Of a DNA stretch of 64,000 nt, positions 53,055-63,317 are shown piece after piece. Source of the stretch: a bacterium (GTDB lineage: Bacteria; Sysuimicrobiota; Sysuimicrobiia; Sysuimicrobiales; Kaftiobacteriaceae); contig DATDQT010000051.1 in NCBI GenBank assembly GCA_035292085.1, positions 22,829-86,828 of the forward strand. The letters run 5' to 3'. Each line of letters opens with the position of its first letter. Within the stretch, counting starts at the first letter, position 1. Position numbers and translations under genes: made by a program. The notes under the pieces are model-generated. The model made no database searches, was not told the DNA's origin, and saw only the letters and a list, made by a program, of their open reading frames with translations.

Positions 53055-53972
53055 ATGCAGGCCGTCATGGAGTGGGGCCTTCAGGTCATCATCTTCATCC
53101 AGCAATTCCACGGCCCTGTATTCGATGCCGTCGTCCGCGGGATCACGTTTCTGGGCGAGGAGCAATTCTATTTGCTCTTCCTCACCGCACTGGTCTGGGC
53201 CGTGAACTTCCGGATGGGCGCCGGCCTGGCCGTGGCGTTCCTTCTCTCGGCCTACGTCAACAGCATCGTGAAGGATACGCTGGCCCTTCCGCGTCCGTTT
53301 GAACTCGATCCGAGCGTCGGCATCGACACGGCCCGCGGCGGAGGACTGCCCAGCGGCCACGCGCAGAACGGGTTCGTCGTGTGGGGAGGCCTCGCCGTGT
53401 GGGGGCAGCGCCGGTGGCTGTGGGTTGTGGCCGTGGCCGTCATCGTGCTCCTGGGATTCTCGCGCATCTACCTGGGCGTGCACTTTCCGACTGACGTGTT
53501 GGGCGGCTACGCGATTGGTGCGGTGCTCCTGTGGCTCTACCTCCGGTTCCAGCAGACGGTGCCGGACGCGGTCCGCGGGCTGCCGCTCGCCGGGCAGATC
53601 GGAGTCACCGTGCTCGTCCCCATCGTCCTGGCCCTCGTCTGGACGACCGCGGACACGGTGAGCGCGATGGGGACGCTGGCCGGGTTGGGAGTGGGGCTGG
53701 TGTTGAAGCATCGCTACGTGCCGTTCGATGCCGGGGGACCGGGATGGCAGCGGGCGATCCGGTTCCTGGTCGGCGCCGCCGGCCTGCTGGTGTTCTACGT
53801 GGGGTTGAGCGCCCTGTTTCCCAGAGAAGGCGAGGCGCTGTACGCGGTGTTTCGATTCTTCCGCTTCGGCCTGTTGGGGGCGTGGGTCTCGCTCGGCGCG
53901 CCGTGGATCTTCCGCCAGCTCAAGCTGGCGCAGGCGCCCCGGGGCCCGCTTGTGGCAGGTCAGGTTCCATGA
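53055..53972 (+). CDS. PAP2-family phosphatase (phosphatidic acid phosphatase type 2) membrane protein
   Basis: [13 protein letters not shown] and [12 protein letters not shown] motifs; GGGGAGG RBS before ATG 53055. Confidence 0.85.
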   Translation: MQAVMEWGLQVIIFIQQFHGPVFDAVVRGITFLGEEQFYLLFLTALVWAVNFRMGAGLAVAFLLSAYVNSIVKDTLALPRPFELDPSVGIDTARGGGLPSGHAQNGFVVWGGLAVWGQRRWLWVVAVAVIVLLGFSRIYLGVHFPTDVLGGYAIGAVLLWLYLRFQQTVPDAVRGLPLAGQIGVTVLVPIVLALVWTTADTVSAMGTLAGLGVGLVLKHRYVPFDAGGPGWQRAIRFLVGAAGLLVFYVGLSALFPREGEALYAVFRFFRFGLLGAWVSLGAPWIFRQLKLAQAPRGPLVAGQVP

Positions 53973-54504
53973 GAAGATTATCGGCGTGGCACGTCCTCGA
54001 TACACGGCGGCAAAGAGGCAGCGGGAGATCCGCAAGCAGATGGAGCGGCAGCGGAAGCTGGCCCGGAAGCACGGCAGACGTGCGTCCGACGGCGACCGGG
54101 CGGCGGCTCCGGCGGCGGCACCCGTAGCCGCGGCCCCCGCTGAAGCAGAAATTCTTGAGAACGGCAGCGTCCGCAACCCTTCGGGTCTGGTCTACCTGGA
54201 CGTGCTCGAAGGGGACGGCCCCATACCGCCGCACGGTCTCACCGTTGAGGTACATTACACCGGCTGGCTGGAGGACGGCACCAAGTTCGACAGTTCACTC
54301 GACCGCGCCCAACCGTTCGTGTTCCAGATTGGCGTCGGGCGCGTGATTCTGGGATGGGATGAAGGCGTCGCCACGATGCGCGTGGGAGGAAAGCGCCGCC
54401 TGACGATTCCGCCCCACCTTGCCTATGGCGACCGCGGAGCCGGCGGCGTCATCCCCCCGCGCGCCACGCTCATCTTCGAAGTCGAACTCCTCAAGATCCG
54501 CTAA
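53950..54504 (+). CDS. FKBP-type peptidyl-prolyl cis-trans isomerase with basic N-terminal extension
   Basis: FKBP domain ([21 protein letters not shown] ... [11 protein letters not shown]); exact start uncertain (53950/53986/54040). Confidence 0.8.
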   Translation: MWQVRFHEKIIGVARPRYTAAKRQREIRKQMERQRKLARKHGRRASDGDRAAAPAAAPVAAAPAEAEILENGSVRNPSGLVYLDVLEGDGPIPPHGLTVEVHYTGWLEDGTKFDSSLDRAQPFVFQIGVGRVILGWDEGVATMRVGGKRRLTIPPHLAYGDRGAGGVIPPRATLIFEVELLKIR

Positions 54505-54514
54505 CCCAGGTTCG

Positions 54515-55120
54515 TCAGAACCAGGCGACACGCACTCCGATTTGAGTGACCGCGAAGCCGCGCGGTCCCAGGGAAAAGACCCGCCACACAGGCAGGGACC
54601 GGTCCGGATCTCCAACCACATACGCATTGTCGCCGCAGCCGTAGTTAGCCCGCATTCCGGCCACACCGAACGTGGCACCGGTCAGCAGTTCACATCGCCT
54701 TCCGTTCGCCAGCTCGAGTGCCCAGGGCAACCCCTTCGGCGCGGTATCCTTATTGGCGTCTTTCTGCGGCAGGTCTTTCGTCAACGTGAGCAGGACCACG
54801 TTGGCCGACCACGGCGTATCCGGACATGCCAGTACCGTCTTGCCGGACTCGACCCCCTGGTAGCATGGATCGAGAATGGCGTTCCCGGCGCTGCACCGCC
54901 ACGCATCTGAACGCCCGCTGCTGGCGGCAGATCCGGCAAAGCACGAACCGCTCACCCGCCGCGTCACCGCCAGCCCGATGCTCAGGCCGTTCGGCGTGAA
55001 TGGGACATACAGCGTCACTTGTGTCGCCCCGATAGCCGGAGGGGCAGGCGCAGATGCGCCGACGGCGAGCACGGCAGCGGCGGCAACCGCGAGCATCGTC
55101 GCGATGGTCTTTGTCACCAC
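54515..55120 (-). CDS. Secreted hypothetical protein with signal peptide and four Cys
   Basis: GTG 55120 after AGGAGG RBS; N-terminal signal peptide (TIATMLAVAAAAVLAVGASA); no recognisable domain. Confidence 0.5.
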   Translation of the reverse strand: MVTKTIATMLAVAAAAVLAVGASAPAPPAIGATQVTLYVPFTPNGLSIGLAVTRRVSGSCFAGSAASSGRSDAWRCSAGNAILDPCYQGVESGKTVLACPDTPWSANVVLLTLTKDLPQKDANKDTAPKGLPWALELANGRRCELLTGATFGVAGMRANYGCGDNAYVVGDPDRSLPVWRVFSLGPRGFAVTQIGVRVAWF

Positions 55121-55214
55121 AAGACCTCCTCGTCGCGAAATCTTCGCGCACCGAGTGGAGCGCCCTGCATGCCGTAGGGGAATTTCCTGCGGGGCGCCGA
55201 AACGGGTCCGCGAC

Positions 55215-56945
55215 ATGCGGTGGAGAGGCCGCGCCATCGTTTTAGTGTTGGCCGCAGTGGCGATCGGCGGCCTGGTCGTGATTCCCTCGTTCGGCCGCCC
55301 GTACAGCGCGCCTGCCGTATGGGATGGCGCCCCGCAGTTTCGTCCGGAGCGTGCCTGGGCCGATATGGTGACCCTGGCGACTCGCTTCCCGCGCCGGTGG
55401 TCCGGGTCGGCCGACCGGAAAGCGGCGGCCGCGTGGCTGGCCGACACCCTCGAGACCATCGGGCTGGAGGTCCACCGCGATTCGTCGCAGGCCTCTTTGG
55501 GCGATGAGCTTGGGCGTGTTGAACTCGAGAACGTCTGGGGCATCAGCCGCGGGACGGAACGTCCTGACGAGCTGGTCGTCCCCCTGGGCAACTACGACAT
55601 GGCGTCTACCAGTTACCAGGCCGCCAGCGACACCGCCGCCCACGTCGGCGTCCTGCTGGAACTTGCGCGCCTGATCCACGCGGCTCTGCACCGGCGGACT
55701 TTCATCTTCCTGTTCCCCGACGGTGAGGAATGGGGGATGGCGGGCGCCCGGCATTTTGCGCGGACGTTTCCCCAGCGCCGTCAGATTGTTGCGAGCCTGT
55801 CGATCGAGGACGTCGACGCCTATGATCTCCAGGCCCTTGGGATCGACGGGATCGGGCAGTTCCGCGGGTTTGCCCCGATGTGGCTGCGTGCGCTCCCCGC
55901 GGCCGCGGCCGAGCGTGAAGGCCTGCCCGTGGAAGAGACACCTCCGCTGTTCGAGTGGCTGCAGCGCTCCATCCTGGTGTCGGCGACCGATCAGGGGCCG
56001 ATGCTGGCCGCCGGGATCCCATCGGTCGATCTGGCGGGCCACACGTCCGCCCGCGAGCCCCAGGAGCTTATCTATCACAAGCCCGGAGACACCATCGACA
56101 AGATGCGGCCGGAGTCGCTGGACCGCTACGGACGGGTGATGGAACGTATCCTGCGTACGATCGACGGCATGCCCGTGGTTCCGCGGGAATCGGACTTCTA
56201 CCTTCGGCTGGGGCCCGACCGCCGGGTGCCGGCTGCTCCGCTCCTGCTCGTGCAGATTGGCGTGTTTCTTCCCCTCGTGGCGGCGGTACTGGTGCGGCTA
56301 CGGCGCAGCGGGCCATGGGGCGACGCGCTGCGCGGCGAGGCGGCCGCGGTGGGAGTGATTCTCGGCGCGCTGCTGGCCTGGCTGGCCGCCGTCAAGACTC
56401 TGCCGTATCTCGGCTTGATGCCGCTGTGGGAATTGTACCCGGCGACCTCGCGGCATCCGGCGTTGACGGACGTCTACTGGATTCCCGTCGTCGTGTCATT
56501 GGCGGTGCTCGCTGTGGCCTGGTGGGCCCTGCGCCGCCTCCTGCGCAGATGGGGGATGCGGGGGGCATCGCCGGATCAGCGCATCGCCCTCGCCCTGCTG
56601 CTCCTGCTGTTGGTTGCCGCCGTGACGTTTGCCGACAACCCGTTCGGAGCGGTGACGTTCCTGATGCTCCCGGCATTCCTGTGGATCTGGGTGGAGCCGG
56701 CACGAACATGGCTCGGACGGATCGCAGCCACGATCGCAGTCCTCGCAGGTTTTCTCGTCATCGTCGCCCTGCTTGTCCAGTACGGCGCCGTGCAGCGGAT
56801 CGGGCCGTACATCCTCTGGTACGTCTTCATGGGGATCTCGTATGGCCAGTTCACGCTGTTGCGGGTCGTGCTTGCGCTGGCGATGACCGCAGTCGGGATC
56901 CGGCTGTTGCAGATCGTGTTCGAGCGTGGTAGTGTGCATGAGTAG
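55215..56945 (+). CDS. M28-family peptidase with N-terminal TM anchor and C-terminal polytopic membrane domain
   Basis: M28 metal-binding segments (FLFPDGEEWGMAGARHF) followed by ~7 TM helices. Confidence 0.7.
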   Translation: MRWRGRAIVLVLAAVAIGGLVVIPSFGRPYSAPAVWDGAPQFRPERAWADMVTLATRFPRRWSGSADRKAAAAWLADTLETIGLEVHRDSSQASLGDELGRVELENVWGISRGTERPDELVVPLGNYDMASTSYQAASDTAAHVGVLLELARLIHAALHRRTFIFLFPDGEEWGMAGARHFARTFPQRRQIVASLSIEDVDAYDLQALGIDGIGQFRGFAPMWLRALPAAAAEREGLPVEETPPLFEWLQRSILVSATDQGPMLAAGIPSVDLAGHTSAREPQELIYHKPGDTIDKMRPESLDRYGRVMERILRTIDGMPVVPRESDFYLRLGPDRRVPAAPLLLVQIGVFLPLVAAVLVRLRRSGPWGDALRGEAAAVGVILGALLAWLAAVKTLPYLGLMPLWELYPATSRHPALTDVYWIPVVVSLAVLAVAWWALRRLLRRWGMRGASPDQRIALALLLLLLVAAVTFADNPFGAVTFLMLPAFLWIWVEPARTWLGRIAATIAVLAGFLVIVALLVQYGAVQRIGPYILWYVFMGISYGQFTLLRVVLALAMTAVGIRLLQIVFERGSVHE

Positions 56946-57116
56946 ATTCTGAGGGGAGGGATGGGTGATGCAGGTTCGCCGTGTGACGCTCCGCGATGCA
57001 TTCTGCCCATCCCGGCACGGCATGTGATCTGACCGGGACGTTTCTCCTGTGCGCGGCCGTGGGCAGATGCCCGCGGCCGTTGTGTTTTTCACACTCAGTC
57101 AGGAGGAACTCCGGCC

Positions 57117-58019
57117 ATGGAGCCATTCATTGGTATGGTCGTACGCACCGACGGGCCACAGGTCACGGTGCGTGATGGACAAGGACAGGATTGGCGCTGT
57201 ACCCTCCGCGGTCGGCTGCGCCGGGAGCTCGTCGGGACGACGACCCCGGTTGCCGTCGGCGACCGCGTGGAAGTCGACGCGGTGGGTCAGCTCGAAGGCG
57301 CCGTCCGGAAAGTTCTGGCGCGGCACGCGCAGCTCATCCGGCGGGCGCCGGGCGACAAATCCGCTCCGACGCAGGTGCTCGCCGCCAACCTTGACGCGGC
57401 CGTCATTGTCGTCGGCTGTCCGCCCCGGCCGACGGTCATCGACCGGTTTCTCGCAATCGCCTCGAAGGGCGCGTCCGAGGTGGTCATCTGCGCCAACAAG
57501 GTGGATCTTGCCGACCGGCACAAGGTCGAGGACACGCTGTCTTCCTATCGCCTGGCGGCGGTCCCGGTGCTCGTCACCAGCGCCCTCACAGGCGAAGGCA
57601 TCGAGGACCTCCGCGGCGCCATCGGCAGCCGCCTGGTTGCGTTCATTGGGCCGTCGGGAGCCGGGAAGTCCACGCTCATCAACGCGCTCGATCCCACCCT
57701 CCGGCTGCGCGTGTCTCCGCTCGCGCGCGGCGGACGCGGCAGCCACACGACGAACTGGGCGGCGGTGCATCAGGTGGGCGGAGCCCTCGTCGTGGATACG
57801 CCGGGGCTGCGCGAGGTCGGTTTTACCGGCGAGGAAGGCGTTGAAGCCGCCGAGGACCTGTTTCCGGAGATCAACGCCCTGGCGGCGGGGTGCCATTTCC
57901 GCGACTGTTCTCACACCCACGAGCCCCGGTGCGCCGTAAAGACGGCGCTCGAGGCCGGTGAACTGGACACGCTCCTCTACAAACGCTACGAGCGGCTGGC
58001 GCGCAGCGGACGCCTGTGA
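57117..58019 (+). CDS. rsgA: Ribosome small-subunit-dependent GTPase A (YjeQ/EngC)
   Basis: OB domain, circularly permuted GTPase (ANKVDL ... GPSGAGKST) and zinc-finger C-terminus (CHFRDCSHTHEPRC). Confidence 0.95.
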   Translation: MEPFIGMVVRTDGPQVTVRDGQGQDWRCTLRGRLRRELVGTTTPVAVGDRVEVDAVGQLEGAVRKVLARHAQLIRRAPGDKSAPTQVLAANLDAAVIVVGCPPRPTVIDRFLAIASKGASEVVICANKVDLADRHKVEDTLSSYRLAAVPVLVTSALTGEGIEDLRGAIGSRLVAFIGPSGAGKSTLINALDPTLRLRVSPLARGGRGSHTTNWAAVHQVGGALVVDTPGLREVGFTGEEGVEAAEDLFPEINALAAGCHFRDCSHTHEPRCAVKTALEAGELDTLLYKRYERLARSGRL

Positions 58020-58109
58020 GGACGTGGAACGGGAACAGAGGTCCGGGTCCCGAACGTTCTGGACGGGAAAGCGCGACACTCTGCGGTTGGCGAGAAGGGA
58101 GATCCGGCG

Positions 58110-58697
58110 ATGTCATTCGTCCAGACGGTCCCTGAGGCAGAGGCCACGGGCCTCGTGAAGGAGCTCTATGACAAAGATGCCGCGGCCCAGGGATACATTT
58201 CGAACTACGTCAGAACACTGAGCCTGCACCCGGAAATCGTCGCCGGATATCGCAATTTCATCAAGGTCCTGCGGGAACGGGTCGATCTCCGGCGGTATGA
58301 GTTGATCACGATCGCGGTGTCGGCCACACTGCGGTGCAGCTACTGAACACTGTCACACGGAGCGGTGCTCCGTTCCAAGTTCTTCAGTGCCGAGCAGGTC
58401 GAAGCGATCGTGCGCGACTTCCGCACGGCCGGGCTGGAGCCGGCAGAGGTCGCGATGATGGAGTACGCGGTCAAGGTGTCGACCGAGCCGTACAAAGTGC
58501 TCCCGCGCGATATCGAGATGCTGCGCGGCCACGGGTACAGTGACGCCGAGATCGTCGATATCGCGGCGGTCGCCGCGGCGCGCAACTTCATCAGCCGGCT
58601 TGTCGATGCGCTCGGCGCCGAGCCCGACGTCGAGCATTTTGTGCTGGAGGATCATCTGAAGGAACTGCTGGCCGTCGGCAGACCGCTGAAGCGCTAG
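58110..58697 (+). CDS. AhpD-like/carboxymuconolactone-decarboxylase-family peroxidase-related protein with in-frame TGA at the second Cys of the CxxCxxxH motif (candidate selenoprotein, otherwise pseudogene)
   Basis: Two same-frame ORFs (58110-58346, 58365-58697) separated only by TGA 58344-58346; RCSY-[TGA]-TLSHG fits the AhpD catalytic motif; 7-bp stem hairpin 13 nt downstream. Confidence 0.55.
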
Positions 58698-58701
58698 CCG
58701 A

Positions 58702-61700
58702 TCAACTCTCTTCGGAGGGAGTGTTCGTAGGCAGGCGTCGCTCGACTTCGTCGACGAAGTAGGTCGCCCCAATAGTCTGGAACAGCTCGCGCGCCTGTGC
58801 GAGGACTTCCCTGGCCCGTGCCTCGCGCCCGAGCAGGATCATGCCCTCGCCGTACTTCAGCAGCGTCAGCGCGAGATCGATGCGATACTCCTGGCCTTCC
58901 AGCAGCGCGAGCCCGCGGCGGAACAAGGCGTCCGCCTCGTCGGCGCGGCCCTGCGCGGCGCGGATCTTCCCGAGGGTGACCGAGTGGGTCGCCACGGCAA
59001 TCTCGTCCTCTTCCGGGACCAGGGCCAGCGCCTGCTCGGCCTGCTCGGCGGCGGTGAGGACCTCGCCGCGCGCCAGGGCCACTTCCGCCCGCCCACGCAG
59101 CAGCACGGCTGAATACGTCTTCGCGCCGTGCTGCCGCCGCAGTTTCTCCGCTTTGTTGAACTCGTCTTCCGCCTCGTCCAGCCGGCCGTAGCGCAGGTAG
59201 TGCATGCCCAGGTGGCGGCGGATGCCGACCTCTGAGACATGATCGCCTGTCGCCTGGGCGAGGGCGATGGCCTCGCGGAACCGTTCGATGGCGGCGGGAG
59301 AATCGCCGGTGACGTGCGCGATCTGGCCCAGGCCGGTGAGGCTGCTGCGCTCACTGATCCGCTCGTGATGCGCCCGTGCCAGCGTGCGTGCCTCGGTCAG
59401 CAGCGTCCTGGCTTCAGCCAGGTTCCCGCTGTTGAAGACGGAGCGGCCGAGCCAGGCCATCGTCCGCGCGACGCCCTGCTGGTTGTCGTGCTCACGGTAC
59501 AGTTCGAGGGCCTGGCGGTACGCTTTGTGGGCTTTGGTGAGGCTGCCGCGCAGCCAATCGGTGATCAGGCCCAGCAGTTCGAGTGCTTCCGCCTCACCCG
59601 TTGGATCGCCCAGGCGGCGGAACAACTCCTCCGCTTTGGAGAGCGCCGCCTCGGCCGGTTCCAGCCGGTTGCGATCGAATTCGGCGAATCCCACATTCAG
59701 CCAGGCCCGCGCCACCAGATCCTCGCGTCCAATCGCCGGGGCCAGTGACAGGATCTGGTCGGTCTCGTCGATGACGACGGCCGGTACCGACATCCACTTC
59801 ACGACCTCGACGTGATCGGTCAGCAGTTCCAGCCGGAGCGCAACGTCGTCTTCGAGGCCCGCGTTGCGGAGCACGGCCAGCGCCCGCTCATACAGCCGGC
59901 GCGCCTCCGGCAGCGTGCGCAGACTGGCGGCGCGGTCCCCGGCGGCCCGGATCGCCGCGATCGCGCGGCGGGCCAGGTCCTGGTCGTTCTCGCCGGCTTC
60001 AAACCGGTACCGCCACGCCTGCTCGCAGTGATGCGCGCGGACTTCGAGGAACTTCTCGCCCGACAGCGCAGCCTGCTCGAGCCATTCGGCGAACCGCAGG
60101 TGGCGCGCGCTGCGGCCCAGTTTGGGCACCATCGAGTACGCGACTTCCCGGATCAGGGCATGTTTGAACGCGTACTCCCGGTCGCCCGACAGCGAGGACA
60201 CCGGCCGCTCCTCAATGAGATCGCGTTCCTGCAGGCGCGTCAGCGCCGCGGTAACCTCGGCCGGCGACAGCTGCCCCACCACCGCGGCGGCGGTGCCCCA
60301 GAACACGCGGCCCGGAATGGCCGCGTCCTGGATGACGCGTTTCTCCAGCGGCGTGAGCAGATCCAGCCGGCTGACCAGGATCCCGTGGATGGTATCGGGG
60401 ATCCGGATGTCCAGCGCGGCGCGCCCGCGCTCCCACCCGCGCGTGCCGTGTACCAGGTCCCCGCTGTCGATGAGCATCTGAAGGATCTCTTCAATGAACA
60501 GCGGATTGCCTTCGGCTTTGGCCAGGATGGCGGTGCCCACGTCCTTGGCGATCGAATCACCGGCGAGCAGTTCAGCGATCAACGTCCGGCCGCGGGCTTC
60601 CGGCAGGGGCGCTAATGACAGGGCGGTGTAGTTGCGGACGCGGGCCCCCCAGTCCGGGTGCTGTTCCAGTAATTCGGGGCGGGCCAGGCACAGCGTCAGG
60701 ATCGGGGCAGCGAGCCCGCGCAGCGATGGATGCTCCAGCAGTTCCAGCAGGCTCGGTTCGGCCCAGTGCAAGTCTTCGAAGATGAGCACCAGCGGGCCGG
60801 CCTGCGCCTTCGCAAACAGGAAGTTGCGCACCGCCTGCTCGACCACGTCCCCGCCGCGGCGCGACTCATCGGCGACGGCGGTTTCCCGCACCGCGACCGG
60901 CAGGCTTTCGGCGACCGTCTTGAGGGCCAGCAGCCGTTCCCGCCAGAACACGTCCGCGGGCCGGGCCGGCTGCGCGCCCAGCAGGGGCGCGAGCGCGGCG
61001 GCGACACTTTCGCTCTCCTCTCTGCCCAAGACGGATTCGCCGATCCGCAGCATCGTCTGGTGGAGTTTCTCGGCGACGAGCCCCGGCGGGTCGTCGTCTT
61101 TGATCTCGCATTCCTGCTTCAGCATTTCCGCAACCGGCCAGTAGGTCAGTCCCTCACCGTATGCCGGGCAGCGGCCGCGCAGCACCGCCGGCGGCACGGG
61201 GTCGACCGGCAGCGTGCCGACAAATTCACGCACCAGCCGGCTCTTCCCGACCCCCGCGGGACCGATCACGGTGACGAGGTGGTGCTGCCGGCCTTCGACC
61301 ACGCGCCGGTAGAGGGCCTGAAGGAACTGCATCTCGTCCTCACGCCCGACCAACCGGGCACGCAGGCGTCGCGGAGGAGTCCGGCCCGCAACCATCTCCG
61401 CAAATCGCCAGAACCGGCGGCCGGCGAACTCAATCCCGTCGGGGACCGCCGCCGGCGTGTACTCGCCAAGGTGCCGGGTCGCGTCGTAGGTACGTTCGTC
61501 GACGACGATTCCGTCGGCCGGCGCTTGCGTCTGCAGCCGCGAGGCCAGGTTGACGATCTCCCCGGTGACCATGAACTGTCCGTCCCTCACCGCCGCCGGA
61601 TCGGCGATCACCTCGCCGGTGCTGATCCCGATCCGCATGTGGAGGTCGGCGGCCAGGCGGGTGTTGAGTTCGGGCAGGCGCTGCTGCATGGCAACCGCGG

Positions 61701-62097
61701 CCCGCAGCGCCCGTTCGGAGTCGTCCTCATGGGCGACGGGGAGGCCGAACACGGCCATCACGGCGTCGCCGATGAATTTTTCCACCGACCCTCCGTGATG
61801 CACGATTTCCTCGCGCATCACCGAGAAATACTCGCCGATCATCGCGCGCAGGGCCTCGGGGTCGAGCCGCTGCGTCAGCCGCGTGGACCCGACCAGGTCG
61901 GCGAACAGGACGCTGAGCAGCCGCCGTTCCGTCGTCGCGCCCGAGGCGAGCGGGCGGCCGCAGTTCAGGCAGAACTGGGCGTCCAGCGCGTTGGCCGTCC
62001 CGCAGTTCGGACAGATCTGAGACAGCGGCGCGCCGCAGCGCATGCAGAACTGCGCATCGGAAGGATTCTCTCTGCCGCAGCGGGCGCAGCGAATCAT
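58702..62097 (-). CDS. Multidomain STAND-type signalling protein: double zinc-ribbon + class III adenylyl/guanylyl cyclase domain + AAA+/NB-ARC-like ATPase + TPR array
   Basis: CxxC zinc ribbons (CARCG...CMRCG; CPNCG...CLNCG), cyclase motifs (FADLVGST, KFIGDAVMAVFG), Walker A (GPAGVGKS), multiple C-terminal TPRs; start at MIRCARCG (ATG 62097). Confidence 0.8.
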   Translation of the reverse strand: MIRCARCGRENPSDAQFCMRCGAPLSQICPNCGTANALDAQFCLNCGRPLASGATTERRLLSVLFADLVGSTRLTQRLDPEALRAMIGEYFSVMREEIVHHGGSVEKFIGDAVMAVFGLPVAHEDDSERALRAAVAMQQRLPELNTRLAADLHMRIGISTGEVIADPAAVRDGQFMVTGEIVNLASRLQTQAPADGIVVDERTYDATRHLGEYTPAAVPDGIEFAGRRFWRFAEMVAGRTPPRRLRARLVGREDEMQFLQALYRRVVEGRQHHLVTVIGPAGVGKSRLVREFVGTLPVDPVPPAVLRGRCPAYGEGLTYWPVAEMLKQECEIKDDDPPGLVAEKLHQTMLRIGESVLGREESESVAAALAPLLGAQPARPADVFWRERLLALKTVAESLPVAVRETAVADESRRGGDVVEQAVRNFLFAKAQAGPLVLIFEDLHWAEPSLLELLEHPSLRGLAAPILTLCLARPELLEQHPDWGARVRNYTALSLAPLPEARGRTLIAELLAGDSIAKDVGTAILAKAEGNPLFIEEILQMLIDSGDLVHGTRGWERGRAALDIRIPDTIHGILVSRLDLLTPLEKRVIQDAAIPGRVFWGTAAAVVGQLSPAEVTAALTRLQERDLIEERPVSSLSGDREYAFKHALIREVAYSMVPKLGRSARHLRFAEWLEQAALSGEKFLEVRAHHCEQAWRYRFEAGENDQDLARRAIAAIRAAGDRAASLRTLPEARRLYERALAVLRNAGLEDDVALRLELLTDHVEVVKWMSVPAVVIDETDQILSLAPAIGREDLVARAWLNVGFAEFDRNRLEPAEAALSKAEELFRRLGDPTGEAEALELLGLITDWLRGSLTKAHKAYRQALELYREHDNQQGVARTMAWLGRSVFNSGNLAEARTLLTEARTLARAHHERISERSSLTGLGQIAHVTGDSPAAIERFREAIALAQATGDHVSEVGIRRHLGMHYLRYGRLDEAEDEFNKAEKLRRQHGAKTYSAVLLRGRAEVALARGEVLTAAEQAEQALALVPEEDEIAVATHSVTLGKIRAAQGRADEADALFRRGLALLEGQEYRIDLALTLLKYGEGMILLGREARAREVLAQARELFQTIGATYFVDEVERRLPTNTPSEES

Positions 62098-62108
62098 CGT
62101 GCGATCAT

Positions 62109-63317
62109 TCAGACCGCCGGATGGGCGGGGACCGCGGGGAACGCGGGACCGAGCAGACGCTCCAGGTAGGGCGTGACGCCCCAAAATGCTTTCAGGTGAT
62201 GATACTCTCGCAGGTGCCGCGCGTCCGGTGCCCGCCCCGTCCGTACCGCGCGGATCATCAGGTTGCGCGCGGTGTGCTCGCTGCTCACGAACTCGACCAC
62301 TTCCGTGCGATACCCCATGATCCGCAGGATCAGCGCGCGGAAGCTGTCGGTGAGGATATCGCCGGCACGCGAGGCGAGGATGCCGTGCCGCCAGACCGGG
62401 GCGAACACCGGCGGCGGGGCGTGCCGCTGGAGCTGGGCCTGGAGGTCGTGATGACAGCACGGCACGCTGAAAATCCCGCGGCTCCCCCACCGGATCCCCT
62501 GGGCCAACGCATCGTCGGTGGCGGTGTCGCAGGCGTGGAGGGCGAGCACGATGTCGACGGGCTGTGACGGGACGAAGTCGGCGATGTCGGCCGCGATGAA
62601 GGCGACCTCGGGCATCCCCAGCCGCCGCGCCAGCCGGCGCTGCTGTTCCAGCAGACTCCGGTTGCGGTCCACACCGATCATCTGCGCGGGAACGCCCAGG
62701 ACGTCCCGCACATAGTGATACGCGGCGAACGTGAGGTGGGCGCTGCCGCAGCCCAAATCGGCCATGACCAGCGGACGACCCGCCACCGGGCCGAGGGCGC
62801 CGGAGTGATCGATGAGTTTGATGAACTCATGAATCTGCTGGAACTTGTCCCGCATGTCCGATTTGATCTCTCCGGACGAGTTCACCATGCCTGACGCGCG
62901 CAGGAACGGGACGCTCTCCTCACCCAGCAGGTACTGCTTCTTGCGATCGTGCGCGACGTCGACGTCACCGCCGGCTGCCGCGTGCTGATGGATGGACGCC
63001 TGCCCCTTGCGGGTGATGCGGATCTCGATCAGGCGGTCGGTCCGCTGCAGCGTGATGTTGCTGAACGGGAGATCCAGGAGGCGTTGGGTTTCTTCTTGCA
63101 GCTGGCGGCCGGCGAAATTTCTTGTGACGGTGCGTGGCCCCCGGACGTATGTGGCCTGGACGTGTCGCCGTCCCTTGAGGTGAACCGGACGGAGGGACAC
63201 TCGCTCCCACGGCACCTGGGCGCCGCGCCGGCGCCCGCTGAAGACGGCTCCACGGAAACCCGCGCCATCGGTGACGGCGTCGATCACGACCCGGTGGGAG
63301 GCGGCGGCCGGTTTCAT
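62109..63317 (-). CDS. Class I SAM-dependent methyltransferase (Methyltransf_32-like) with N-terminal extra domain
   Basis: Motif I (VMADLGCGSAHL) and HACDTATD...PCCHH segment typical of the Methyltransf_32 family; 12 nt upstream of the cyclase-ATPase gene. Confidence 0.65.
   Translation of the reverse strand: MKPAAASHRVVIDAVTDGAGFRGAVFSGRRRGAQVPWERVSLRPVHLKGRRHVQATYVRGPRTVTRNFAGRQLQEETQRLLDLPFSNITLQRTDRLIEIRITRKGQASIHQHAAAGGDVDVAHDRKKQYLLGEESVPFLRASGMVNSSGEIKSDMRDKFQQIHEFIKLIDHSGALGPVAGRPLVMADLGCGSAHLTFAAYHYVRDVLGVPAQMIGVDRNRSLLEQQRRLARRLGMPEVAFIAADIADFVPSQPVDIVLALHACDTATDDALAQGIRWGSRGIFSVPCCHHDLQAQLQRHAPPPVFAPVWRHGILASRAGDILTDSFRALILRIMGYRTEVVEFVSSEHTARNLMIRAVRTGRAPDARHLREYHHLKAFWGVTPYLERLLGPAFPAVPAHPAV

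Noticed and set aside
52956-54176. N-terminal extension of the minus-strand alpha/beta-hydrolase ORF to 621 aa
   Set aside because: The upstream part is low-complexity and antisense to the PAP2 gene; the hydrolase fold starts at METDQES (ATG 52955).
62098-62490. 131-aa N-terminal extension of the STAND protein (MGEPRDFQ...)
   Set aside because: Pro/Arg-rich and overlapping the methyltransferase 3' end; the zinc-ribbon start MIRCARCG with a 12-nt spacing is more plausible. Not excluded.
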